This document shows, piece by piece, positions 1-12,800 of a DNA stretch of 64,000 nt (position 1 is its first letter; each line of letters opens with the position of its first letter). A model generated the notes under the pieces. That model was not told the origin of the DNA, made no database searches, and saw only the letters and a program-made list of their open reading frames with translations. The position numbers and the translations under genes were made by a program. Source of the DNA: Octopus vulgaris (lineage: Eukaryota); the NCBI GenBank assembly GCA_951406725.2, contig OX597815.1, positions 209,870,001-209,934,000 of the forward strand, written 5' to 3'.

Positions 1-445
1 CTCTGTGGTTTCAATTGCGAAACAGGCAGTATGGAAGACGCGGGTGAAAGGGATGCTAACAGGCGACTTCATCTCCGGTTCTAGTCTGGTGGAATACTTC
101 AAATTCCACCTGAAAAGACAAATAGAACTGGAGAGGAGGAGCCTGAGTAAGAAAGTGTTCGATGAAAGGTGGAAGAATGTGGCGAATAAAAGGTCCCTCA
201 CAAATGCGAGATAGACCTGGAAAAAAAAGTAAACACAAGTCTAAGTGTCGTGGCGGGGAGCGTGGGGTCCGCGGACCCGCCCCACTGCATTCTGTCAATT
301 TGTAAAAGTGTCTTTGTAATTGTAATTTCATTCGATTTTATTGTTCAGTCAAATTTTTAAATTGATCCCACAAAGCATCTTATTGTATCATCATTCGTGA
401 TTGTCATGTTCTTGTCTATGTCGCCCCTAGTGGGTAATAAAGAAT
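1..445 (+). mobile_element. 3' end of an L1/Tx1-like non-LTR retrotransposon (ORF2 C-terminus 1-214 plus 3'UTR)
   Basis: The ORF reads AKQAVWKTR...E...FDERW, the pattern of L1/Tx1 ORF2 C-termini. A ~230-bp UTR follows, ending in GCCCCTAGTGGGTAATAAAGAA. Confidence 0.65.
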
Positions 446-695
446 TTGAAATTCGGCAAAGAAATGAACTTTCGGGATGTAGCCTGGAGGGTTTTTTCGT
501 ATTAATCGTTTGGACTTTGTGAACACATACTAATTGTTTTCATAACATTTTTAACGCTTTGAATTAAATGAGACCATTGAGTCTGCAGTTTGAATCACTT
601 TAACCAAATTTTAGCAGGCCGGATTTTTGATCATCACGATACATCGCCAGCAACTCCCTGAAATACTCCCCTGAAATCCCCGTTGAGAAATACTG
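446..695. mobile_element. Right end of a hAT (Charlie-like) non-autonomous DNA transposon
   Basis: Ends in GTTGAGAAATACTG (reverse complement CAGTATTTCTCAAC, a Charlie/MER5-type TIR), followed by ATCTAAAA, which fits the NTCTARAN target preference. The left end is not visible. Confidence 0.45.
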
Positions 696-859
696 ATCTA
701 AAAGAATAACTCAACAATGCAATTATTTGATCAGTAAAAATTTATGAAACGCTTCTACGTACTTCCTATTGAAGAAATGGAACACATAAGCGCAAAAATA
801 GAGGGCATTAAATGCTTGATTTTAAAACCAAAATAATTGAATTTTGATTGAACTTCATC

Positions 860-923
860 CAAGTTTAGCTTAATTCGCGCGTGCATAGAACGCACGAGCG
901 CACGAGCGGGGCAATACTGCTAG
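860..923 (+). mobile_element. Helitron 3' terminus (fragment)
   Basis: GC-rich subterminal segment, then ATACTGCTAG|T. The terminal 10 nt match the Helitron at 38572-38871. Confidence 0.5.
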
Positions 924-1571
924 TAATCATATACATACATTCCTATATATATATACATACATTCCTATATATATATACATACATATATACATATATATGT
1001 ATAGTTACCTGTCTATCTATAATTACTTAGCTGGGTTATAATATACTTGTGCACCTTTTTATGAATATAGTTCTTCAAGGGGACTTTTAATGTGTCACCA
1101 ACATCATTGAGGTAAGGAAAAGATTATCAACGACATGTCTAAGGTTCAATTAGTTTAATCGCATCCTCTCTATTAATTAATGCAATTATATCATGTTAAC
1201 ACAGTCCCGTAATATTTAGTAAATTTATTATTCAATTTGCAGTTGGGTAAAATCGTAAATTATTGACACTTTATTAAAAAGCATAATAGCATAACCTGGA
1301 AGAAATATGGATTATATGGAAAAACGCGAGCAAGAGAAATAATATTTTTAAGATTATAAACCTGGAAAAGTACAGGACAAGTTATTATATTTATCTTTAA
1401 GAAATTACATTTATCCTTCATTATATTGGTATAACTCGAGGTAACCAAAAATTGGCTCATCTGTCAGCACCATTAGGCTGTGGCCGGAATGATGTAATAA
1501 GAATTTTACCTGCATAATCAAAACAGATCCCGTAAACAAACTTAAAAGTTATATACATACATATATGTGCG

Positions 1572-1863
1572 AGGGCGCATGACCAAGGGTTTAGTTTGTT
1601 GCATTCACGATCCAACGATCGTGATTTCGGTTCCTAGACCGGGTGGTGCGTTGTATTCTTGAGCAAAACGTTTCATCTCACGTTGTTCTCCGATTGCTTT
1701 GACAATCGAGGCGTGTTACACAGTGCAACTGGTCAGACAACATCGATTTGAAAGAGTGAGTTAGCTAATGTGCAGCACGAACATTTGATAATTATCAACA
1801 AATCTTTTGTGCAGGTCGTTCGGCAAAACTGAACGCTCATACGTCGTCTGCGAAGGAAGAGTC
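1572..1863 (+). mobile_element. Diverged tRNA-derived CORE-type SINE
   Basis: The head GGCGCATGACC...GACCGGG and TTCTTGAGCAAAACGTTTCATCTCACGTTG align by eye to the copy at 35058. Confidence 0.6.
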
Positions 1864-1903
1864 CATCATATCATATCATATCATATCATATCATATCATA
1901 TCA

Positions 1904-1966
<63 letters not shown>

Positions 1967-2019
1967 ATATATATATATATATATATATACATACATATAT
2001 ATATATATATTTTATATTT

Positions 2020-2054
<35 letters not shown>

Positions 2055-2190
2055 TATTTATACATATATATATATATTTTTATATTTATACATATATATA
2101 TATATATATTTATACATATATATATATTTATACATACATATATATATACACATATATATGTATGTGTGCGTGATGGTGTGTGTGTTTGTG
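1864..2190. repeat. Compound microsatellite (ATCAT)n/(ATCT)n/(AT)n
   Basis: Directly visible tandem units. Confidence 0.95.
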
Positions 2191-2659
2191 AGTGTTTGCA
2201 TCATTAAAGTCTAATGCATTTAACAACAACAATATATAGCACATCAATTTAAAATTGATTTCAATATATTTGCGTGCTGGTTAACATGAATGTTTGGATA
2301 TAATAACAATAAATATGAGTAAAATTATTTACTCCCATCTCTACATCGTGTATTAATTGAATTTCATTGAACACAGAAAATTTGTTGCCACATTATCATT
2401 CCAGTGTATGCATTGATTATGCTAGCTGTTAAATATAAATATGGAGAATATCTGCTTTTCTTACTTCCCCGTGGAGTTTCAATGACAATATATACACATA
2501 TATATATATATATAGCATTTCAAATGCCAGTTGCAGCAAGTTTTTGTGTTTGTTTATCTTACCAGTTAATAAGATTCGGTGTTGTCAGCTGTAAAAATAT
2601 ATATTGTACATGAACTTTTAAAAGAACTGAACTTTCCAGAGAACTTTAACGGCTGAACC

Positions 2660-2706
2660 ATGTATGTATGTATGTATGTATGTATGTATGTATGTATGTA
2701 TGTATG

Positions 2707-2740
<34 letters not shown>

Positions 2741-2915
2741 TGTATGTATGCATGCATGTATGTATGTATGTATGTATGTATGTATGTATATATGTATGTA
2801 TGTACGTATGTATGTATGTATGCATGCCTAGATGCTGTATGCATACCTGCATATATGTATGTTTGTATGTATATATGTATGTATGCGTGTTTGTATGCAT
2901 ATATCGGATCATATA
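2660..2915. repeat. (TATG)n microsatellite
   Basis: Directly visible. Confidence 0.95.
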
Positions 2916-2979
2916 TCAGATAAAGAAGCGCACCCTAAAATTTAGAGCAATAAAGTATTTACTTGAAGTAATAGACATG

Positions 2980-3822
2980 TATAAAAAATACATAAATGGA
3001 CAAGAACGCATAACTTCCCGACAATTAGATGAAACAAAAAAGAGACAACAAAACATCCAGACAGACGATACAAATAAAACAAGGACCTGTCATTCGGAGT
3101 TTTCTTTCCTCAGTCGAGTTCCAGATTAGCTTTGCAATTTCGGCTGGTTATACTCGAGATTGCTCAGAACTGGCCAGCCTCACGCTTACCTCGTTCATTC
3201 CACTCTTCGTTCTTTTGTTGCTCCTCTCTCACATTTATTACCCATCTCTTCATGCTCACTTTCCCTCCTCTTTCACTGCACTCTGTCTCTTTCATTTTTT
3301 TCTCGCCCCTCCTTAATTCTTCTATCCCTCTGCCACTACCTCTCTCTCTTCTCTCTCTACGTGACCGATGTTCGTCCAAGCATGACTTTTCTTTCTTCGT
3401 TCACCTACCATCTGTGCAACATCTATCTCCCTCCCTGTGCCTGTGAAATCTTATGTCCCTCCCGAAGGCTTTACTTCCACACACGCCAGCTAAATTTCAT
3501 TCGTCCTTAGTCCAAGTCGAAAGACACCTGTTGTTATGTCCTTTTATTTGAATTTGTATTTGTGTAACATTTCTCCGTTTTCTTTCCGTCCTTCTTTTCG
3601 TATACATTCACTGCTTTCTTCCAAAGAATCTAATGTTCTTAGCTTAGTTTTTCCTTGGGGCTTGCACGATTGGAGCCATCTCGATTATAACCAGCCGAAA
3701 GTACTAAGATAATCCGGAAGTCGACTGCGGAAAGAAATCTCCGATTGACCCATCCTTGTTTTTTTTTTTGCGTCGTCTGTCTGAATATTTTGCGTTAATG
3801 TCCCATTTTAGTATCTTTTATA
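2980..3822. mobile_element. Fold-back element, probably Penelope-like-element (PLE) derived. Diverged inverted arms ~2980-3165 and ~3673-3822 surround a pyrimidine-rich core
   Basis: Left TTTCGGCTGGTTATACTCGAGAT vs right ATCTCGATTATAACCAGCCGAAA; left CAGACAGACGA vs right TCGTCTGTCTG. Flanked by TA-rich microsatellites. Confidence 0.65.
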
Positions 3823-3910
3823 TATAAAAAAATAGCAGCATATGTACACTTTGGTTTCTTATATGTAAGTATATATATATATATCACTAAGAAGCGGTGC
3901 ACAGTGTATG

Positions 3911-3955
<45 letters not shown>

Positions 3956-4399
3956 CGTTAAGAAGCAGTGCACTGTACCAGAATTTGGGATTCATGTCAT
4001 ATACAACGAACTACTCCAAATCGTGATTCGATTATCCGCATAAGGAGAGTCACATCCGACTTGTTTGTAATAGCATCGATTCGAATTAGTTATAATAATC
4101 AAATCAAACCAAGCAGTGATATTTTGAAATTATTTAATACGTACGTTTTAGGTTTGCATAATATGTCTATAATAGGAACATTCATTACGCAAACTTACCT
4201 CATTTCAATCATTTCAAAAATATTTTGACGACATGTGTATTAGTTGATCCGATAAATGAAACAACTTGCTCTGAAATTAACGTTCAAGTGGATGTACACT
4301 CCATAAGCATGTGTATCTTTAATGTATTTCTCAAGGAGACTAAGCATGATACAGAATGTTCCAAGGATGGGGCTTTGAAGCTTAGGTACAAATCCTATT

Positions 4400-4490
4400 T
4401 GCCAACTGAGTGTCGAAGGACACAAAGAGCCGCCAGTCAGCGAATTCACAACATTACGATCGTGACCCGAATTCCTTAACCTCTAAGCTA
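4400..4490 (-). mobile_element. Diverged tRNA-headed SINE 5' fragment
   Basis: The minus strand reads TAGCTTAGAGGTTAAGG...CACGATCGTAATGTTGTGAATTCG, a box A/B-like head similar to 35058. Confidence 0.45.
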
Positions 4491-6394
4491 TATATATATA
4501 AGATATTTTCTCATACATGTAGATGTACAGAAACAGAAATTAAAAAAGCGCTTGATGTCTTTAAAATGATTTATTCATATTAGCTTAACTGGTTTCAAAA
4601 TTTTGTGATTTTCAAAAGGTTTGTGATGATGGACACCTGGAGCTATTTCCTATTTGTCTCGACTCGAGTCTGACTGAATTAAATGTTCAGATTCAAGTCA
4701 GCGTCAAGGCAAATACTAAAGAGCTGCACGTCACTCCAATACATACTATATTTGAAAACCATATTATGAAGTTGGTTAAATAAATGAAGTTATTTTTTAA
4801 AGAAACCCCCAACTACATTTATAATAACCTTTCGTTGTATATGTATATAAAACATCAATATTGGGAGCCATTAGTCACCATGAGAAGAAATTCCCAGTTC
4901 TGTTGGTGTTTCATTTTGATTATCTTTAATGTAAAGAGACCATAGAAAAGATAATAGGAGTCAGAAGGAAAGGTTTAATAACGTGTTATCATTCACTTAG
5001 ATTTTTGTTGTATACTATTTTTCTTCCACACTTTATTTTAGAACGGTTTTTATGCTTATGAAAACTCAGCTTTATCGCTAATTAAAAGAAGAGATGAAAG
5101 AGGGTCGTTTGGAAACAGAATTCAATATCAAAAAGAAACATGAAAATGCCAAAAAAAAAATCGAGAACCTATTTTTAGATTATTTTTAAATTAACAAGTA
5201 TATCTATTTTATTTTTCAGTAAAGAAATACAATCATTAGAAATATGTTTACACAATAAACTACCTCATTACAAAAATAACTATTTTGGACTCAAAATATC
5301 CTCATTATAGTTGAGCAGTATCAATTTCCCATAATATACTTCATTATAGAAGTTGTAGAAGTTGCCAAACTGTTTTTTGCCCCTAAAATAGAAATTCATT
5401 GAGATTTTCTGCCTGTGTGTTTACTTATTTATTTCCATATTCATTTATTGACTATTTACCGTGGAAGTAATGGCTTTTTTTGACAATCACAACTCTATAA
5501 TAAAATAGTGTCCAGGATGTGCAAGAAATTATGTTTACTGATCTGTCCTTTAGACTAGCCATAATTACAAAGCAAGAGTAATCGAACACATATTATTATA
5601 AAATTATACTTTTCTTTAGGTTAAAAATAATTTTTGGAAATATGTAAACTTCGTAAAACACTGAAATACCTTGTTAAATAGGTCTCCAACAACAGAATTC
5701 TGCATGCATACACACATACACTTCACACATACACAAATATACATACATAGACACACATAAATACACTCACTCGCACAAACACACAAACACATACATATAG
5801 GTAGGCAGACTCTCACAGAACACCGAACTTAGTTTACTCTCAAGGAATACGTCATATCCAAACAAGAAAACACTGATAAATGTTGAAACATCAGATATGT
5901 TACACACATACACCCATTCATAAGTATGTATCTATGCATGTATGTACGTATTTATGTATGCAGTTAGGGGTGTAAAATCCAACGTTTCGGATATTTTCCT
6001 ACGCGAGAGAAAATTTGAAAGGGAAGTTTAAATGTCTGTCATTCATTTCTTTCCTTTCAACCTTTCTTTGAAGAACAATCTGCTCGAAACATTGGCTTCT
6101 CCACTCCTCACCTCAAAATTACTCTACTTTTTTTTATCGATTCCAATCTATGATACAAGCTTTGACAATGCACACCGACATCAGCCTCGTATGTGTGTGT
6201 GTGCGTGTGTGTGTGTGTGTGTGTGCGTGTGTGTGTGTGTGCGTGTGTGTGTGTTTGCGTATATGTATTTATGTGTGTGTGTGTATGTTTGTGTGTGCAT
6301 GTTTTTGTGTGTGTATTTATACACTCACATTATTTGATGGCTGTGGAGTAACATACATATATTATTTAAGAGTATTTAAAATAGACTGTTTGTA

Positions 6395-6559
6395 GGCGCA
6401 GGAGTGGCTGTGTTGTAAGTAGCTGGCTTACCAACCACATGGTGTCGGGTTTAGTCCTACTGCGTGGCACCTTGGGCAAGTGTCTTCTACTATAGCCTCG
6501 GGAGGACCAAAGCCTTGTGAGTGGATTTGGTAGACAGAAACTGAAAGAATCCCGTCGTA

Positions 6560-6607
<48 letters not shown>

Positions 6608-6853
6608 TGTGTGTGTGGGTGTGTGTATGTGTGTGTGTGTTTGTGTGCTTGTGTTTGTCCCCCACAACATCGCTTGTCAACTGTTGGTGGTGTGTTTACG
6701 ACCCTGTAGCCTAGCGGTTCGACATAAGAGACTGTTAGAATAAGTACTAGGCTTACAAAAAATAAATCCTGTGGTCGATTTAATCCACTAAAGCTGGCGC
6801 TCCGGCTTGGCCGCATTCAAATGACTGAAACAAATAAAAGAGTAAAAGAGTAA
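6395..6853 (+). mobile_element. SINE family A (tRNA head, CORE-like segment, internal (TA)/(TG) microsatellite, AAAAGAGT tail)
   Basis: GGCGCAGGAGTGGCTGTG head, CTTGGGCAAGTGTCTT CORE-like motif and CAAATGACTGAAACAA tail. At least six copies occur in the window. Confidence 0.9.
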
Positions 6854-7603
6854 TGAAGTGGAGGTAAATTTGGCTACTGCTTCTATGTTTGGAAAATACT
6901 CCAAAAAAAAAAAAAACAACATTCTAAATGGAGAACGTATGTATTTCGTTTAAGTATACTTCTATATTGGTAATAATGTTCTTATTCTTGAGACGAAGAA
7001 GATATAAATACTGATCTGTATATAAATTACACTCTCTAGTTCGGTAATTTACTACCATGTGATTGATTGCGAATAATTTTCTAGTTAATCACAATATCAG
7101 AACAGTCTAAAGGTATAATTATTGTAGTAGGAAAAGAAAAGAGGCTGTATTTTGGATTTAGTTTTAAGAAATGTTATTGAAATGAATAGCTTTTTAGCAT
7201 ATATTATCTGATGTCATTCAGAATAAAGCTTGTTACTTAATTAATTATGTAACTGTCTTCTAAAATAGGAGTTAAATGAATTAAATACAAAGATTGAAAT
7301 CACAGAAATTAAGAAAAACCTAGGCAGTAACGTTCTAAATTGATTTAAGACCAGTTCCTACTTTGATGCAATTTAATATTTACGCTGCAGAGAGCTTGTC
7401 AAAAGGAATTTTAAGTTGAAAATTAGGAACACTCAGAGGCATAATGCTAGAAATAGCAATTTACTGCCGGACGAAGAACATGAATGTGTAAGGTGAAGTA
7501 TCATACAAGCCATTCTCATGTGCTAGGAAGCAACTTGTTTTAGATTTTATAAAGCGCCTAGTCCTTGTCCTTAGGAAGAGATAAAGAAAATCGTTTTAAC
7601 ACT

Positions 7604-7604
7604 G

Positions 7605-7645
<41 letters not shown>

Positions 7646-7691
7646 CATTATTATTATTATCATCATTATTATTATTATCATTATTATTTAT
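7604..7691. repeat. (ATT)n microsatellite
   Basis: Directly visible; abuts an R4/Dong 3' end. Confidence 0.95.
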
Positions 7692-7960
7692 GAGTTTTCT
7701 TCTTCTTTCAAATTTGCTTCCATTTCTTACCGAGTGTCTTCCCGACTCCTAGGGCAAAGAAACTCATAGTATACATTAGTAGGCCATTAAACTAAACTCA
7801 CTAGTTCGTTCATTTCTTTTTTTATAGAAATAAAGTTAAATTAAAATACATGGGTAGTAATAGTTCTCACAGCGACAATGCTCTTCTCAATACGTGTGAT
7901 GTACCAGTTAAGACAATATTTTGCACTTCTTGCAGGGATGGTAAGCCAGGGATCATTCTC
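7692..7960 (-). mobile_element. R4/Dong-type non-LTR 3' fragment
   Basis: The minus strand translates RMIPGLPSLQEVQNIVLTGTSHVLRRALSL*, matching the C-terminus ...IQKIALLGTAHILRRTLSIQ* of 18274-18498. (ATT)n lies on both sides. Confidence 0.8.
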
Positions 7961-7966
7961 ATTATG

Positions 7967-8010
<44 letters not shown>

Positions 8011-8134
8011 CATTATTATTGTTATGAAAGCCTCTTGGATAATTCTTAATTACCGGTTATTCTTTATTTGAAAGCAGGCAACAACAAATCACCAAAAGTT
8101 TCAAGTACATTATTTTATTGTTATTATTATTATT

Positions 8135-8437
8135 GAGCAAGAGAGTTGTGCATGCCATGAAAGTGACACTGGGGTAAAATATACGAAGCCCAGTATACCC
8201 ATCATGACTACCCGTCTGATAAGGGTACACTAGGCACATGCATCACAACCATATGTGCGCGACATGGTGATCTCATATCAAGATAAACAGTACATGACTT
8301 TGCAGGTGGGGCCCAGTTAGAGTTTTCTTCAGGTCGAGTAGCCCATCTCGCTCAAAAGGTACCTGAATAAGGTTTGTTTAAGGATATTGAACGAAACACT
8401 CATGTTTCCAAAGGCGAATTATCCAAACCTCCAAGAA
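8135..8437 (-). mobile_element. Non-coding element inserted in (ATT)n, a probable R4/Dong-dependent non-autonomous retroposon
   Basis: Flanked by (ATT)n. Its left ~65 bp recur at 18991-19056, also within (ATT)n. Confidence 0.6.
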
Positions 8438-9453
8438 TTATTATTATGTAGTTTGTTCTTAGTGCTTGTTCTAGGGCAGCACAGATTAAAGCCTCCGTTT
8501 CCTGTTTTGAATCACTTTTAGTCATCTACAGACATCTTTTTTCTCTGTTTGTCTTATCTTCAATATCCCTATGAAATTGACCATGCATTCTTTTCTTTAC
8601 CCACCTATTTTCAGTTTCATTCGTTTTCAATTTCTGAAATAGTGCTTTATCTTCGCAATCTTCCATCGTTCGTTGGTGAATGTTTTCCTGTTATTTTAAA
8701 TTGAATATTTTAGAAGTGCAAATGAAGTGCTTTTTGAGAGCATCTACATATATGTTGCTGAATCGTTGTAATTTGAGATGTGAAACATCAGCCATAGGAA
8801 CTAAAGCAACACAGTGAAAACACAAAGAAATTGATTGGCGCATTGGAATTTGTTAAATAGAATGATGCCTTGATACATGCATAACCAAAACACCAGCACG
8901 TATATTAATGAAAATTTAGTATAATCAACCAGAACATTCAGCAAGATTAACACGTAACGTATAAAAGATAAACGTAACGAAAGTTACATATAGCAGCTCA
9001 AAATTTCAGTGAAAGTGTAGAAAATGATACCCGTGCAAACTAAAAGGGGGTTGTGATTTGGCTAACAAATTAAAAACATTAGTTTATATATAAGACGCTA
9101 AATGTTGCATAGGAATTCCTGTCTGAGGGCCCAATTTCTCTACAATAGGTCTATATTTACCATTATAAGCTGCAGATATACAACACGTCCAAACTGTTTG
9201 CGCAATAAAAGAAACTTGAGACTGAGATATCATCCAGATATTCGAGACACTCAGATATTCGAGTGTCAGAGTTTGCGCCTGTAGCACGAACCAATCTCCA
9301 CAATCCTCAACATCTTTTTCTTCATATTCTCAATTAAAACCCAAACAAATATACAATCCACAACACTCTAGAACACTACTGCAACATAATCTTAAGAATA
9401 TAAGATCTCTTATTCAGTCTAAACTAAAAATGAATTCAACAGCACATCCAGAT

Positions 9454-9842
9454 TCTTTCTTTTATTTCTTTTATCTTTTACTTGTTTCAGTCATTTGACT
9501 GCGGCCATGCTGGAGCACCGCCTTTAGTCGAGCAAATCGACCCCGGGACTTATTCTTGGTAAGCCCAGTACTTATTCTATCGGTCTCTTTATTGCCGAAC
9601 CGCTAAGTGACGGGGACGTAAACACACCAGCATCGGTTGTCAAGCAATGCTAGGGGGACAAACACAGACACACAAACACACACACACATATATATATATA
9701 TATACGACAGGCTTCTTTCAGTTTCCGTCTACCAAATCCACTCACAAGGCATTGGTCGGCCCGGGGCTATAGCAGAAGACACTTGCCCAAGATGCCACGC
9801 AGTGGGACTGAACCCGGAACCATGTGGTTGGTTAGCAAGCTA
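9454..9842 (-). mobile_element. SINE family A, slightly 5'-truncated, with 16-bp TSD
   Basis: Family A body; AACAGCACATCCAGAT occurs at 9438-9453 and 9848-9863. Confidence 0.92.
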
Positions 9843-12800
9843 GATTAAACAGCACATCCAGATGTGTAGCTTTATTAATAACCTTATTATATTATAAAGA
9901 ATGTGCTAGAATGTTGGGTACCAAAAATAAGTGAATAGGAAGGGTAGCTGTTATATTCAGACGTTCTTCTCTTTGACATACTACATTATGACCCGATCAC
10001 ATTCTATAAACAAGCAGAAACAGATTGAGTATATTGAGAGCACTATATGTACAGATGGACAACACTTTATCACAAACAAATTACCACTGCAAACCACGAG
10101 ATACCGTACATAATATAGCTTTGCATCACTACACATAGTTGTTTCGGTGGTTATAATTCTGTTCATTCAGGGTTAACTTGCGAAACAGTAACGCAAATGT
10201 AACTCGACATATTTGGTCTCTAGAAGGGGCTAAGAAAACTTGAAATTATGATTGTCTATATCTTCTAATTAACTAAAATATATTTTATGACCAGAACCAG
10301 CAATACTAATAGTGTAGTAAACAATTGACCACACGTGAACTTTTATATACAATCATATTCGTTTGTTGAGAAAGTTAATCGTTCATTTTTTTGTGTTCTC
10401 GTTTGTCATGTTTGCTGTTATTCATTCTGGGTTCGAAATGGGTCTGCTATATCTACTGTAGCAAACACAGTGGTATTTACAATAGAGCTGTGACAGTAAA
10501 TATCCTGAAAAATTTTCCCATCATTTTCTTTGGTATGCATTTGAACTGTTGGTTACACTCACAGTCATTATAATCCCATAAATATGTTCCTTTATTCATG
10601 ATTTCCGTATTGCGCAGGGATTACATTGTGCAAACCAATGATATGTAGCACGAACTAGTTTATTAATATAATGAGTAAACCGATCTCTATATAAGTTTTG
10701 ATAGCTTTATGCACGAGACAAATCTTATTGACATTCTGCACCAAATATGTCTGAATACTGTCTGTTGATAGCTTTAAATTAAATTTGTTGTCATGATCAA
10801 GAAGTGTAACAAAATTTCTACAATCATTAAAAATAAATAGCCGAATTTTGAATTTTCATTATCATTTTATTCATTAAAAGGGTTGATTATTCCATTATCC
10901 GCCTAATGTAATTTGGCATATAAGTTTTAATTGTGCATGAATTTCATCATCTTCACCGTAGTCGTAAAAAGCTAGCAAACAACTGGTCGCTCACTTCCAA
11001 GTGAGATGTTCCTGTGTTGCAAATTACTGGTATACGGATTATTGCACCTTGTGTTTACTTTCCACCCATTCTTACATGATTATATCATACACATCAAGTT
11101 ATGAAATATTCTGGTGGCAGAATAATAGCAGAAATGGTAGAAAATAGTTAAGCTTAGTATCTTTCATGCTATTGCCTATGTAAGTTTGCTATGCTTTCTG
11201 AACAATTCCTCTTATTCTGAGCCATACCTGGCTTTCAGACTTAATTCGAACTGTTTTTCCCCAGACTGTATTTTGGTCTTTAATTCGTTCTTGAATATTT
11301 AAATAACTACTTATATACAGTGATAAAATGCTTTGCCCCATATCTTCTGAGAACGTGTCCTACATAGCTTCGTCGCATTGTTTATCTGGTGACATGGCTT
11401 ATATTATTGATAGAAACAGTCCGAATTTAGTTCCATTAGTTCAGCTCTTCTATGTAACGCACTTAAATACTGCTGCCTTATCATTTATCTTTATCCGTAG
11501 GCGATGAAGTAAATATCAGCCATTTATTGAAGTCGTTTCAATACAATAAGATCTTCCCCTGCACCAATGTAAGAAATCATTACTAGCAAAATGTAATTGA
11601 CAGTAATGAAGATAATAATGATAAAGGTGACACCGTGTGGTAATTAATACGGAATAATAAATCTTCTATTTAAAATTTAATGAAATCTTTAAGAAGCCAG
11701 GTCTTAGTAAAAGTAAAGATGGATAATACAATAAGTGATGTAAAATAAACTACTGCAATTCTATACTGCTCGATGATAACTAAATACTCCTAATTTAATT
11801 TCTCACATATACATATACAAAAAAATTAATGTAGAATACTACATACTCGTCCCTCATATTCTAAAGCCAGGGGCAACCAAATGTATAACTGGAAAATATT
11901 AACTTATTACTTATTGAATGTTAAATGTGTTGTGCTGTTAGAAACAAACAAATACACAGCAAACTATTTCTGACTTGACTACATGTTTGTCAGACATGGA
12001 TTGGAAAACTTCAACACCATTAGTACGATAAGCAGGGTGAATAGTTTAAAAACTCTAACATACGGGAGAAGTTTAAAGAAAAATATATCTGCATTATATG
12101 CACATTGTACTACAATGATTTCTGGACTAAATTAAGCTCCAGAGGGAAATGAGTTCGCTTTATTGGGAAAGAAATAGAATTTAATCAATGTGCCATGAAA
12201 AATAAATAGAGGGAATTTTTTTCATTCACATGTATGAAAACAGACTGAGTAAATAAAAAAAAAACTTTATATCAATAATTACATCGAATAGGAATTATAC
12301 TCTCACTTGCCATGCGTATTTACGTGATCGATGCATCATATTTAGGGTAAAACAATTTGAATAGATCAAGTGCTTTTATGACTACTAGAAATTTATCTGA
12401 ACAGATCATGTGCAACCATTAATGATATGTATTAATTCAATCACATTTATTTAGTTAAATGTGTGTTTTCATAGATATGACTTTTCAAGGTAGAAATGAA
12501 ATTTAAATGAGAAAACAGAAGTCATTATTTATAATTTATTTTGTGTCAGCATGTACTTATTTAATGGTTGTCTAAGGCTTGCTTTTTTTGTTTCTATCTT
12601 AAGACACATTGCATGCAGAACCTTAGCTAATATCTCCTTCCGTTGATTGTTTTTGTAGGTCAAGTAATCATATAAAGTTTTCTTTATATAAGAACAACAT
12701 TAGAAGTGCTCGATGATGTGAAATTCAATTCTTGGCAGGATCTTTACATATCAATGGGGTATACCCCATAACATTACTATAATAAATAAGAGTGTGCAAA

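Noticed and set aside
3460-3530. CCGAAGGCTT...AAGTCGAAAG as a hammerhead in the 3-kb fold-back element
   Set aside because: The position fits, but core spacing and stem III do not; not called without a family consensus.
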